In this document: positions 9,273 through 16,634 of the stretch, piece after piece | Layout: every line of letters starts with the position of its first letter | Numbering within the stretch: position 1 is the stretch's first letter | IMG/VR virus record: IMGVR_UViG_3300014885_000014 | Coordinates: 1 to 24,519 of that record | Direction: 5' to 3' (one strand) | DNA length: 24,519 nucleotides | Origin: a virus | Lineage: Duplodnaviria; Caudoviricetes | Notes under the pieces: generated by a model | Databases searched by the model: none | The model's input: only the letters and a program-made list of their open reading frames with translations | What the model was told of the DNA's origin: nothing | Translations under genes and position numbers: made by a program

Positions 9273-9740
9273 ATGCTGATCAGGCTTAACCGAATCTGGC
9301 AAAGCGCGAAGGCGACCGGCGGTCAGCTGTCGATCGATGGCGGCGCGAAGATTTGCGAAACGCTCGAGGACGCGCACCACTCGCCGAAGATCCCGGGCGA
9401 AACGCGAATCCCGCGCGGGACTTATCCCGTCAAGCTTCGGACCGTCGGCGGCTTCCATGCGCGATATCTGAAACGCTTCGGAGATCCGTTCCATCGCGGG
9501 ATGCTTTGGATCCGCGACGTCCCGGGCTTCGAATATATTTTGGTCCATTGCGGGAACACGATCGCGGACACGGACGGTTGCGTCCTGGTCGGGATGGAAC
9601 GGGACGGGGACGAACTTCGTCAGTCGGAAGTCGCCTATCGCAAATTTTATCCGGTCGTCCGGGACGCGATCGTCCGCGGCGAAACCGTGTCGATCGTCGT
9701 CGTCGATCGTACCGCGGCCGAAGGACCGCTGATCGCGTGA
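9273..9740 (+). CDS. DUF5675-family protein, probable endolysin
   Basis: CETLED, KIPGETRIPRGTY, VPGFEYILVHCGNT..DTDGCVLVG; first gene of a spanin/holin cluster. Confidence 0.8.
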   Translation: MLIRLNRIWQSAKATGGQLSIDGGAKICETLEDAHHSPKIPGETRIPRGTYPVKLRTVGGFHARYLKRFGDPFHRGMLWIRDVPGFEYILVHCGNTIADTDGCVLVGMERDGDELRQSEVAYRKFYPVVRDAIVRGETVSIVVVDRTAAEGPLIA

Positions 9741-9967
9741 AGCCTTATCGCCTGACGATCTATCGAAGGCTGAAACGGAAACCGCCGCTTGGCGGGCCGG
9801 ACGTCGCGCAATTCTTCTGGCGGCTTCAATCGGCGAACGGGCGGATCCTCGCCGACGGATCGGAAGCTTATTCGTCCAAGGCGAACGCGCGTCGGGCGGT
9901 CAAAAAACTGCCGCTGTCCTTCAGGGAAATCGAAGTCGCGATCGACGACGGGGAAACGGGACGATGA
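9737..9967 (+). CDS. YegP / DUF1508-family small protein
   Basis: GTGA-coupled start; FFWRLQSANGRILADGSEAYSSKANARRAV matches the DUF1508 pattern. Confidence 0.8.
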   Translation: MKPYRLTIYRRLKRKPPLGGPDVAQFFWRLQSANGRILADGSEAYSSKANARRAVKKLPLSFREIEVAIDDGETGR

Positions 9968-10065
9968 ACGCGCACGTCCGCCTTTGGTACGCGATCGCCG
10001 GCTTCCTTTTGTTCGGGGCGCTGGTCGCGCTCGCCGCGGCATGGTTCGGGGCGACGGGCGGATGA
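9964..10065 (+). CDS. 33-aa single-TM peptide (not in ORF track)
   Basis: MNAHVRLWYAIAGFLLFGALVALAAAWFGATGG; ATGA overlaps at both ends. Confidence 0.7.
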   Translation: MNAHVRLWYAIAGFLLFGALVALAAAWFGATGG

Positions 10066-10478
10066 TCGGGATCCCGTCCGTCCTTCCGCGGATCTGGGCG
10101 ATCGGGCTCGGGATCGCGCTGGTCGTCGTTTCCGGCGTCGCGCTGAAGGACGGGATCGAGCACCGGGCGACGATTCGCGCCCTCGAGGGCGACAAGACGG
10201 ATCTTCAATCGAGACTCGGCGCCGAACAGCGCAACGTCGGAACGTGTCACGCGAACGTCGCGACGCTCGACGATTCGCTGAAAATGCAGGGCGCCGACAT
10301 TCGGAAGCTGTCCGACGATACCGCGGCCGCGGCGAAGCGCGCGGACGATCGCGCGAAGGCGGGCGCCGCGGTCACGGCCGCCGTCCGGGCGACCGTCGAC
10401 GCGATCGCGAAGCGCGCGCCGCCGGCGCCGGCGGAAGCCTGTTCGGCGTCGGTCGATCTATTACGGGGGGCAATGTGA
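10062..10478 (+). CDS. Inner-membrane spanin (Rz-like)
   Basis: Start reassigned to ATG 10062. N-terminal TM followed by an Ala-rich coiled coil with two Cys; upstream of a lipoprotein gene. Confidence 0.75.
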   Translation: MIGIPSVLPRIWAIGLGIALVVVSGVALKDGIEHRATIRALEGDKTDLQSRLGAEQRNVGTCHANVATLDDSLKMQGADIRKLSDDTAAAAKRADDRAKAGAAVTAAVRATVDAIAKRAPPAPAEACSASVDLLRGAM

Positions 10479-10819
10479 CGCGGCGCCGGCGGGTCGACTG
10501 GATCACGGTCGCGATCGGGCTGATCCTCGCCGTCGCGATCTTCCTCGCCGTCGCCGCTTGCGCGACCAAGGCGCCCGAACTTCCATGGCCGGACCCGGTC
10601 GTCGTGACGAAGACGGTCGAACGGATCGTCCAGCGAAATTGCGAGGACAAACGGCCGCCGATCGAGAAGGTCCCGACGAAGGAAGATTTCGCGAAGGTCG
10701 ATCGCGCCGATCCATTGGCGATCTGGACCCTGTCGTCGCTCTATTGGCGCGCCTACCAACTTCTAACCGATCGCTTGCGGGTCGACGACGATCAGATAAA
10801 AGCTTGTGCAGGCGGCTGA
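10475..10819 (+). CDS. Outer-membrane spanin lipoprotein (Rz1-like)
   Basis: GTG 10475; basic N-terminus, hydrophobic core, lipobox VAAC, Pro-rich mature part and extra Cys. Confidence 0.78.
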   Translation: MTRRRRVDWITVAIGLILAVAIFLAVAACATKAPELPWPDPVVVTKTVERIVQRNCEDKRPPIEKVPTKEDFAKVDRADPLAIWTLSSLYWRAYQLLTDRLRVDDDQIKACAGG

Positions 10820-10837
10820 TTTCGCGTCGGGGGCCAA

Positions 10838-11182
10838 GTGGATAGTTTTCACCTGTTGACGCCGGACGAAACGGCGATCGCCAAAGCTACGGCGATCGGG
10901 ACCTTCGTCGTCATCCTGATCCGCCGGCCGCCATGGATCGAAATTGTCTCTTGCTTTTTGGTCGGTCAGCTGACGGCTTATTATTGGGTCGTCGCAATCT
11001 GTCTCTATTGGATGGTTTCCGACGACTATTACGGAGTCGTGGCATGGCTTCTTGGCGCGTTCGGACAAGTGATCTGGTCCGCGGTTTACCAATTCTTTGA
11101 ACGGCTGAAAGACGACCCCGTCGGAACGGTGGACCGCCTTTGGCGTTCGATCAGGGGGCAATCCGGAGGATCCGAACGATGA
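10838..11182 (+). CDS. Putative holin
   Basis: 114 aa, about three hydrophobic segments, charged C-terminus, located in the lysis cluster. Confidence 0.65.
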   Translation: MDSFHLLTPDETAIAKATAIGTFVVILIRRPPWIEIVSCFLVGQLTAYYWVVAICLYWMVSDDYYGVVAWLLGAFGQVIWSAVYQFFERLKDDPVGTVDRLWRSIRGQSGGSER

Positions 11183-11544
11183 CCGGTTCAGCTTGGTATT
11201 TCGCCGCCTATTGTTACATGGCGGTCGACGGGCTCGCCCTTCTGACCATGTCGCTTTGTTTCGCGATCATGCGGTCCGAAGATCCCGCCTATCGGGCGTT
11301 CTTCCCGGGCGCGCTGATCACGATCGCGGGCGCCGCTTATTTCGTTCACGGGATATGGTTGATCGGGGACTGGATCCCCGGCGCCGCCTTCCCATGGCCG
11401 CGGCTGGTCGGGGACGTCGCGATCGCGATCATCGCCGTCCGTCGGGTCGTCGACGTGCTGAAGCTGAAGGCGCGGATCCGCGGCAAGCTGGGCGACGCCA
11501 TGGCGAGCTCGAGGCGCGCCGCCCAGGCCATGCGGCGGCGTTAG
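11179..11544 (+). CDS. Multi-pass membrane protein (holin partner/antiholin candidate)
   Basis: ATG 11179 with RBS GGAGGA and ATGA overlap; about three TM segments and a very basic C-terminus. Confidence 0.65.
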   Translation: MTGSAWYFAAYCYMAVDGLALLTMSLCFAIMRSEDPAYRAFFPGALITIAGAAYFVHGIWLIGDWIPGAAFPWPRLVGDVAIAIIAVRRVVDVLKLKARIRGKLGDAMASSRRAAQAMRRR

Positions 11545-11900
11545 CGTTTCGATTTGTTAAATGGATGGTTCGGATCGACGGGCCAGCCGGCGCCGTCCAG
11601 GTCGCGCCTGAAGCCTTGCTTTTCCGCGCGCTGGATCGGGGAGTCGTGGCACTCCTTACAGACCGACTCGAGCGAGCCCGTGAAAAACGCCTTTTCGTTC
11701 TCATTGTGCGGCGGGTTGTGGTTCGCGACCGTCGCAGCCCGCGATCGGCCGGCCGCCTTGCAATGCTCGCACCATGGGACGCGCTTCAGCTGGGCGGCGC
11801 GCCGGGCTTTCCATCGCGCGGTCGGATACCATTTCCGGCTCGGCTTATCCGCCCAGCGTTTCCGATCGGCTCGCCGGCGGGAGTCGACCCGCCGGTTCAC
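11541..11900 (-). CDS. HNH endonuclease (HK97 gp74-like)
   Basis: GTG at 11900 coupled to the upstream stop; WYPTARWKARR, CEHC, ANHNPPH, LESVCKECHD, GWPVDPNHPFN. Confidence 0.85.
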   Translation of the reverse strand: MNRRVDSRRRADRKRWADKPSRKWYPTARWKARRAAQLKRVPWCEHCKAAGRSRAATVANHNPPHNENEKAFFTGSLESVCKECHDSPIQRAEKQGFRRDLDGAGWPVDPNHPFNKSKR

Positions 11901-12040
11901 CTTGACGCCGGGCCCGGAACGCAAAACGCGTCGCGGACGTACCGTCCCGCCTTGGCTTCACACGCCGCCTTGTCGGGATAAGGGATCGTCATTGCCGCGG
12001 TCCCGCTGAAATTCAGGACAATGATCAGGACAAACGTCAT
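11897..12040 (-). CDS. 47-aa hypothetical protein with hydrophobic N-terminus and two Cys
   Basis: MTFVLIIVLNFSGTAAMTIPYPDKAACEAKAGRYVRDAFCVPGPASR; 4-nt overlaps on both sides. Confidence 0.7.
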   Translation of the reverse strand: MTFVLIIVLNFSGTAAMTIPYPDKAACEAKAGRYVRDAFCVPGPASR

Positions 12041-12360
12041 TCGCCTAAGACCCGCTTCCGCGTTGCCTCGAGCTCGCCGGCTTGAAGGACGTCCAGGCTG
12101 AACCGGACATGCCGCAAGGTTTGAACGTCGGTCAGCGTGGCGTGAACGGCTTCCATCGCGGCGATTTCGTCGTCGGCGTCCTTTTGGCTTAACCGCCGGT
12201 TTTCGATCCATCCGGGATAGAGCTTGCGCCGAAGGGCGATTTCGCGCCGGACGGCGGCGATCTGGGTTTCGATCTGGACTTCCACTTTCTTGGGCGCGAC
12301 CGTTCCCGCGTCCTTCGTCGTCATGCTCATCCTGGGATCCGGCGATCGGTTGTCGGTCAT
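12037..12360 (-). CDS. Phage hypothetical protein
   Basis: ATG 12360 just after the upstream stop; helical QIAAVRREIALRRKLYPGWI...EIAAMEAV segment; coupled to the next gene. Confidence 0.75.
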   Translation of the reverse strand: MTDNRSPDPRMSMTTKDAGTVAPKKVEVQIETQIAAVRREIALRRKLYPGWIENRRLSQKDADDEIAAMEAVHATLTDVQTLRHVRFSLDVLQAGELEATRKRVLGE

Positions 12361-12362
12361 GG

Positions 12363-13022
12363 TCAGAACCCTTTCACGCGTTTCGCTTCCTGGAAAGCTT
12401 CGTTCAGGCGATCCCAGGCGAAGCGATCGCCGCCGGCGTCGGGATGGGCCGATTTCGCCCGCGACCGATAGTTCGCCCTTATCAACTCGGGGGTCGCGTC
12501 TTCCCGAACCTCGAGGACGTCGAACCATTTCGGCGGGCCGGCGATCGCCGTGAATCCAGTGAAGGCCCGTTCCAAGATCATCGCGCCGCCGTGTCGTTCG
12601 ATCGCCCGCATTGCCTCGAGGGTCGCCGCGATCGCGCCCAGGTTTCCGGCAACGGTCCGATAAGCGTCGATCGCCATAACCCGCCGGCCGGCTTTCTTCG
12701 TTTTCCAATACACCGCGGCGCCCGGGTCGTGCGGCTCGCCTTGGTCGCCGCGGGGAAGGCGTCGAGCCGAAAGCTTCAGGTTTGTCGAAACGACGCAATC
12801 GTCCCGGGTCACGCCTAGGCGCTCGAGCTCGTAAAGGATCCGCTTCGTCGCTTCGGCGATCGACAGACCCTTCCGCGTCTTCATTGAAACGTCGCCGTCG
12901 GACGTCACCTTCAGACTCGTGATTTCCGTCCGGAAGCGCGCATCCTTGCGATGATAGGATTCGGTCCGCTTCCATCCGGCGGGCCATTGCAGGGGGAAGG
13001 CGCTGATCGGCTCGCTTGTCAC
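12363..13022 (-). CDS. Phage protein with C-terminal J (DnaJ) domain
   Basis: WFDVLEV..DATPELIRANYRSRAKSAHPDAGG...LNEAFQEA (HPD at 12446-12438); N-terminal FPLQWPAGWKRT domain. Confidence 0.88.
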   Translation of the reverse strand: MTSEPISAFPLQWPAGWKRTESYHRKDARFRTEITSLKVTSDGDVSMKTRKGLSIAEATKRILYELERLGVTRDDCVVSTNLKLSARRLPRGDQGEPHDPGAAVYWKTKKAGRRVMAIDAYRTVAGNLGAIAATLEAMRAIERHGGAMILERAFTGFTAIAGPPKWFDVLEVREDATPELIRANYRSRAKSAHPDAGGDRFAWDRLNEAFQEAKRVKGF

Positions 13023-14407
13023 CGCCGGCCGCCTTTCGAAATCAACTTTTGACGCTCAAGGGTCGCGGTTTGCAGCTGGGCGCGAAGCTTCCCGCGCGAG
13101 CTCGCCGGGACCTTCACGGCCGCTTCGATTTCCGACTTCGCCCGCTTCGAAATCTCGAGGATCGCCGCTTCGGTCGGGGCGGTCCTGATCCGCTCGATCG
13201 CCTGGACGACGACGTCGGTCAGCGTATCGATCAGGCGCCCTTCCGCGGCCGCCGCTTCGTCGATCGCGTCCGGCTCTTGATCTGGGGGCAAAGCCTCGCT
13301 CGCGCTGGTCGCGGCTTGCGGCTCGCCTTCCGTCGGGGGCTCGGGCCGCGGGTCGCCGGACGCCGCCGGCGGGCTTCCTGACGCGGCTGGGGAGGGCGCG
13401 ACCTTGGAGAACGTGCCGCGGTCAACCTGATCTTGGGCTTCGACTTTCGCCTTATGCTCGGCTTCAAGCTGTTCCCGTTCCTTAACGTCGATCAGGCCGG
13501 GCCGTTCGATGACACCGTCCGGCTTCCGGTCCGCCATGGCGCGGACGTCCGCCGGCGTCGCGTCGACTTCGCTTTCGATCCCCTCGTCTTCGTCATCCTC
13601 GCCCGGATCCGCGAAAGCGACGCCGTCCTGGGGGACGCCGGTTTCCGTCGAATAGAAGTCCGCGCGCGTCGGCTCGGGATCCGCCTTCCCGATTATGACG
13701 CCGCCGTCCTTTATGACCTGACCGTCCATTTCTTCGGCGACAGGCTGACCGCCTAATTCTTCGGGGAACGCCCGGCGCAACGCCGCGGCTTCGGCGCACT
13801 TCTCGAGCATCTGATGGGGCGCGCGGGTCCAGCGTTCATTCGGGACGCGGACGCCGGACTTCCAGCCGAACGATTCGAGGAAGTAGGTCTTTGGACCGAC
13901 GAAGGCGACCCGATGACCTTGCACGATCTTGTAAACGGTCATCTGGGCCCACTCGGGATGTGTGACCGTCGACTGATATTTTCGCGCTTTCTTCGGCGGC
14001 TTCGGGTTCGACATGGCTTCGAACTTCTGGTCCTTCACCCAAGGGCCGAAGGCGACGTCGTCGTTCCCCGCGTAAGCGGTCGTCCGATGCGCCGTGATCC
14101 TGTGTTCCGTGATCCCAGGCCAAACCGTTTCGACTTCCCGGTTCAGTTTCGCGTTCCACATTGGGACGATATGAACGGGGCGTTTGAAGACATCGATCCC
14201 GCGCGCCCGGCAATAGGACAGGGCGAGAAGGATCGCCGACGACGATCGGGCAAGGGGGAAGATCGCTTCGGCTAAGGCGTGCCACTCGCCGCGCTTTACC
14301 CCGAAATGGGCGGCTTCCTTCGGCATAGGAAGGCGAAAGGGGACCATCGCGCCCGCGGATTGCTGGACAGGGGCGACTTTGGTTTCTGAAGTTTTGACGT
14401 CTGCCAT
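13019..14407 (-). CDS. bet: Bet/RecT-family single-strand annealing protein
   Basis: Start reassigned to ATG 14407 (RBS AAGGAG). LSYCRARGIDVFKRPVHIVPMW, PGITEHRITAHRT..YAG, WTRAPHQMLEKCAEAAALRRAFPEELGG..AEEM. Confidence 0.9.
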   Translation of the reverse strand: MADVKTSETKVAPVQQSAGAMVPFRLPMPKEAAHFGVKRGEWHALAEAIFPLARSSSAILLALSYCRARGIDVFKRPVHIVPMWNAKLNREVETVWPGITEHRITAHRTTAYAGNDDVAFGPWVKDQKFEAMSNPKPPKKARKYQSTVTHPEWAQMTVYKIVQGHRVAFVGPKTYFLESFGWKSGVRVPNERWTRAPHQMLEKCAEAAALRRAFPEELGGQPVAEEMDGQVIKDGGVIIGKADPEPTRADFYSTETGVPQDGVAFADPGEDDEDEGIESEVDATPADVRAMADRKPDGVIERPGLIDVKEREQLEAEHKAKVEAQDQVDRGTFSKVAPSPAASGSPPAASGDPRPEPPTEGEPQAATSASEALPPDQEPDAIDEAAAAEGRLIDTLTDVVVQAIERIRTAPTEAAILEISKRAKSEIEAAVKVPASSRGKLRAQLQTATLERQKLISKGGRR

Positions 14408-14640
14408 TTGGAGACTCCTTTGTGTTGTTTTTGAAGGTACTGGGTCAAAACGCTGTCGAAGAATTCGCGCGCGGCCGCGGGATCTTCCGCCTTCGCGAGA
14501 ACGCGCCCGACGACCCAGGACAGGGCGATCAGGGCGTCGACTTGCGGCGCGACACCGGTCGGAAGCTTTTCGGACTTCACGAATTCGTCGACCTCGAATT
14601 CGATCCGCTGGGCCAAATTCCAAGACGGGTCGGCGGTCAC
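14296..14640 (-). CDS. Hypothetical protein, paralog of 14637-14885
   Basis: GTG 14640 coupled to the upstream TGA; the 3' end overlaps the bet start by 112 nt. Confidence 0.65.
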   Translation of the reverse strand: MTADPSWNLAQRIEFEVDEFVKSEKLPTGVAPQVDALIALSWVVGRVLAKAEDPAAAREFFDSVLTQYLQKQHKGVSKWQTSKLQKPKSPLSSNPRARWSPFAFLCRRKPPISG

Positions 14641-14885
14641 GGGTCCGACTCCAAGTCGACGGCTTTCTTCACCGTATCGAGGAACCACGCGAGGCGGATC
14701 GCCGGCTGGTCCGCCTTCGCGATCAGAAGGCCGGACACATGGGCGATCGCGATCATGACTATCAAATCCGGCGCCGTCGCGCCCGGCTGTTCGATGCTCA
14801 GGCGGTCCGATACGAAATTCGTGATTTCGAAGGCGAGGGTCTTTTCGAGTCCGATAACCGCCTGACGGTCTTCTTTGCTGGTCAT
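14637..14885 (-). CDS. Hypothetical protein, paralog of 14296-14640
   Basis: ATG 14885 with ATGA overlap; amphipathic helical 82-aa protein. Confidence 0.72.
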   Translation of the reverse strand: MTSKEDRQAVIGLEKTLAFEITNFVSDRLSIEQPGATAPDLIVMIAIAHVSGLLIAKADQPAIRLAWFLDTVKKAVDLESDP

Positions 14886-15949
14886 CTGACCGACACGTCT
14901 TCGACTTGCTCGAAAATGCACCCTGGAAGCTTCGGGCCGCCGGCGTCGAAGCGATGGTCCATCATGTATCGATAAGCCGCGGCGCTGACCGCGTCCGGAT
15001 GCAGATATCCCCGAAGCCGGGACAGGTCGACCGTCGTCGTGTCGACGCTGATCACCTTCCAGGACCGCGTCAGCGATCCCACGGATCCCAGGTCGGAACG
15101 GGTCCGGGACAATTCCGCCGGCGACGCCTGGGCGGCGCGGTCCGCCTTTTCGGCGCGCTTGTCCGCCTTCTGGGCGCCTTCGAATTCGAACTGGGTTTCG
15201 ACTTCCAGGCGTTCGGCGTCTTCGGTCGCTTCGGCCGCTTCCTCGCGCGCGACGCGTTCATCCTTCCGGAGCTCGCGCGCGCGGGACTTCGCTTCGTCCG
15301 CCAATGCCTTCAGGCGCGCCCGTTCGGCGTCGTCGTCGATCCGTTTCTTCGCGGCCGCCTTCAGCTGGGTCGCGATCCGTTCGGCTTCCTCTTTTTCCTC
15401 GCGCGCCTTGCGTTCGCGTTCGCGGGCGGCGTCGGCGTCCTTCTCGCGCTGGACGCGTTCGGCTTCGGCGGCCGCGGCGGCTTGCTCGCGACGCTGGACT
15501 TCCTCGCGTTCCCGGGCGGCCGCGGCTTCACGCTCGAGGCGTTCCCGGGTCGCCTTTGCATCCATGAAGATCTGGACGCGCGCTTTGATCGTCTTTTGGA
15601 GCTCGGCAAGGCGCGACATGGGCGCTTCGAACAGGGCGTTTATGAGGGACTCGCGCGTCCGATAGGGTTCGGTCGCCGCCTTCCGACATTCGTCGGCGCG
15701 TTTCTTGGCGGTCCTCATCATCTTAAAAAGGTCGTCCGCCTTCCCGGCGTCTTCCTTCGACACGATCGCCAAGGGGAGGGCGTCGAACGCCTTGATTCGC
15801 TGATTCATGGTCGACAGGACGTCCGAATATTCTTCGGCGATCGCGGCGCGCAAAGCCTCGAGGGCGGCCGGATCCATGGTCAAGGGCTGTTCGGCCGGGG
15901 GAAGGTTATGGTCGCGCGGCGGGACGCGGTCGTCTGTCATGGGGCTCAC
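14882..15949 (-). CDS. Long coiled-coil protein
   Basis: N-terminal DHNLPP motif, long E/R/A/K-rich helix, C-terminal LTRSWKV...LPGCIFEQ domain. Start is 15949 (GTG) or 15940 (ATG). Confidence 0.8.
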   Translation of the reverse strand: MSPMTDDRVPPRDHNLPPAEQPLTMDPAALEALRAAIAEEYSDVLSTMNQRIKAFDALPLAIVSKEDAGKADDLFKMMRTAKKRADECRKAATEPYRTRESLINALFEAPMSRLAELQKTIKARVQIFMDAKATRERLEREAAAAREREEVQRREQAAAAAEAERVQREKDADAARERERKAREEKEEAERIATQLKAAAKKRIDDDAERARLKALADEAKSRARELRKDERVAREEAAEATEDAERLEVETQFEFEGAQKADKRAEKADRAAQASPAELSRTRSDLGSVGSLTRSWKVISVDTTTVDLSRLRGYLHPDAVSAAAYRYMMDHRFDAGGPKLPGCIFEQVEDVSVR

Positions 15950-16428
15950 CTTCGTTTGTATGTTCCGCGGCGCGGCCGCTTCGGCTTGGTAAAGGTCGGG
16001 GACGGCGCGTTCATCCAGTCGACCGCGCGGTCAGGCTTCGGAATATGGATCCGCTGATCTTCGGACCATTTGCGGAAGCCGACTCCATATCGGAACTCGG
16101 CTTCGGAAATCGGCCGATCGCAAAGGAACAACCATTGCGCGTCGGGGTCATACTCGACGCCGGCGATTTCACATTTCAGGACTTCGTCGCCGGCGAGCTC
16201 GCCGCGCCGGTTCACGGGCTGGGCGAGATAGATCCGGGCGACGACCCATGGTCCGCCGCGAACAAGCCGCGCGCGGAAGAACCCGCATTGGGGATCGCCG
16301 GGAATATGGGGGATATCGATCCCGCGGCGCTTCGCTTCCTTCAGCGATTCGCAATGATGCTCGAGAAGGATCTTCAGCGATTGGATCCAGAATTCATAAA
16401 GCGCGACGCGCTCGGTCGGGGTTCTCAT
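15946..16428 (-). CDS. Phage hypothetical protein
   Basis: ATG 16428 with ATGA overlap; globular sequence PQCGFFRARLVRGGPWVVARI...RPISEAEF. Confidence 0.78.
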   Translation of the reverse strand: MRTPTERVALYEFWIQSLKILLEHHCESLKEAKRRGIDIPHIPGDPQCGFFRARLVRGGPWVVARIYLAQPVNRRGELAGDEVLKCEIAGVEYDPDAQWLFLCDRPISEAEFRYGVGFRKWSEDQRIHIPKPDRAVDWMNAPSPTFTKPKRPRRGTYKRR

Positions 16429-16574
16429 CGGGCCGCCCAGATCACAAGGCGGACGAACGCGATGACGCAAGCGACCCAAACGCCGGCGACGGCGGCGATC
16501 GCGGCCGACACAATGACGGCGGTTTTTATGCGCGCCCAGACCTTCCGGGCGAGTCGGCGACGTGCTGGCGTCAT
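16425..16574 (-). CDS. 49-aa basic single-TM protein, first gene of the leftward operon (not in ORF track)
   Basis: MTPARRRLARKVWARIKTAVIVSAAIAAVAGVWVACVIAFVRLVIWAAR; its stop overlaps the next ATG. Confidence 0.7.
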   Translation of the reverse strand: MTPARRRLARKVWARIKTAVIVSAAIAAVAGVWVACVIAFVRLVIWAAR

Positions 16575-16634
16575 GGTCCGGAGAATTTTCTAAATTGTTT
16601 GCTTTTGCAAGTTTATAATTTTACGTTCCCCAGC
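16575..16634. promoter_or_regulatory. Divergent promoter region; rightward sigma70-like promoter TTGCTT-N17-TACGTT
   Basis: 60-bp AT-rich gap between divergent operons; -35 at 16599-16604, -10 at 16622-16627, ATG at 16635 with no SD. Confidence 0.7.

Noticed and set aside
14906-16057. 383-aa plus-strand ORF
   Set aside because: Antisense shadow of the coiled-coil gene, which fits the coupled minus-strand operon.
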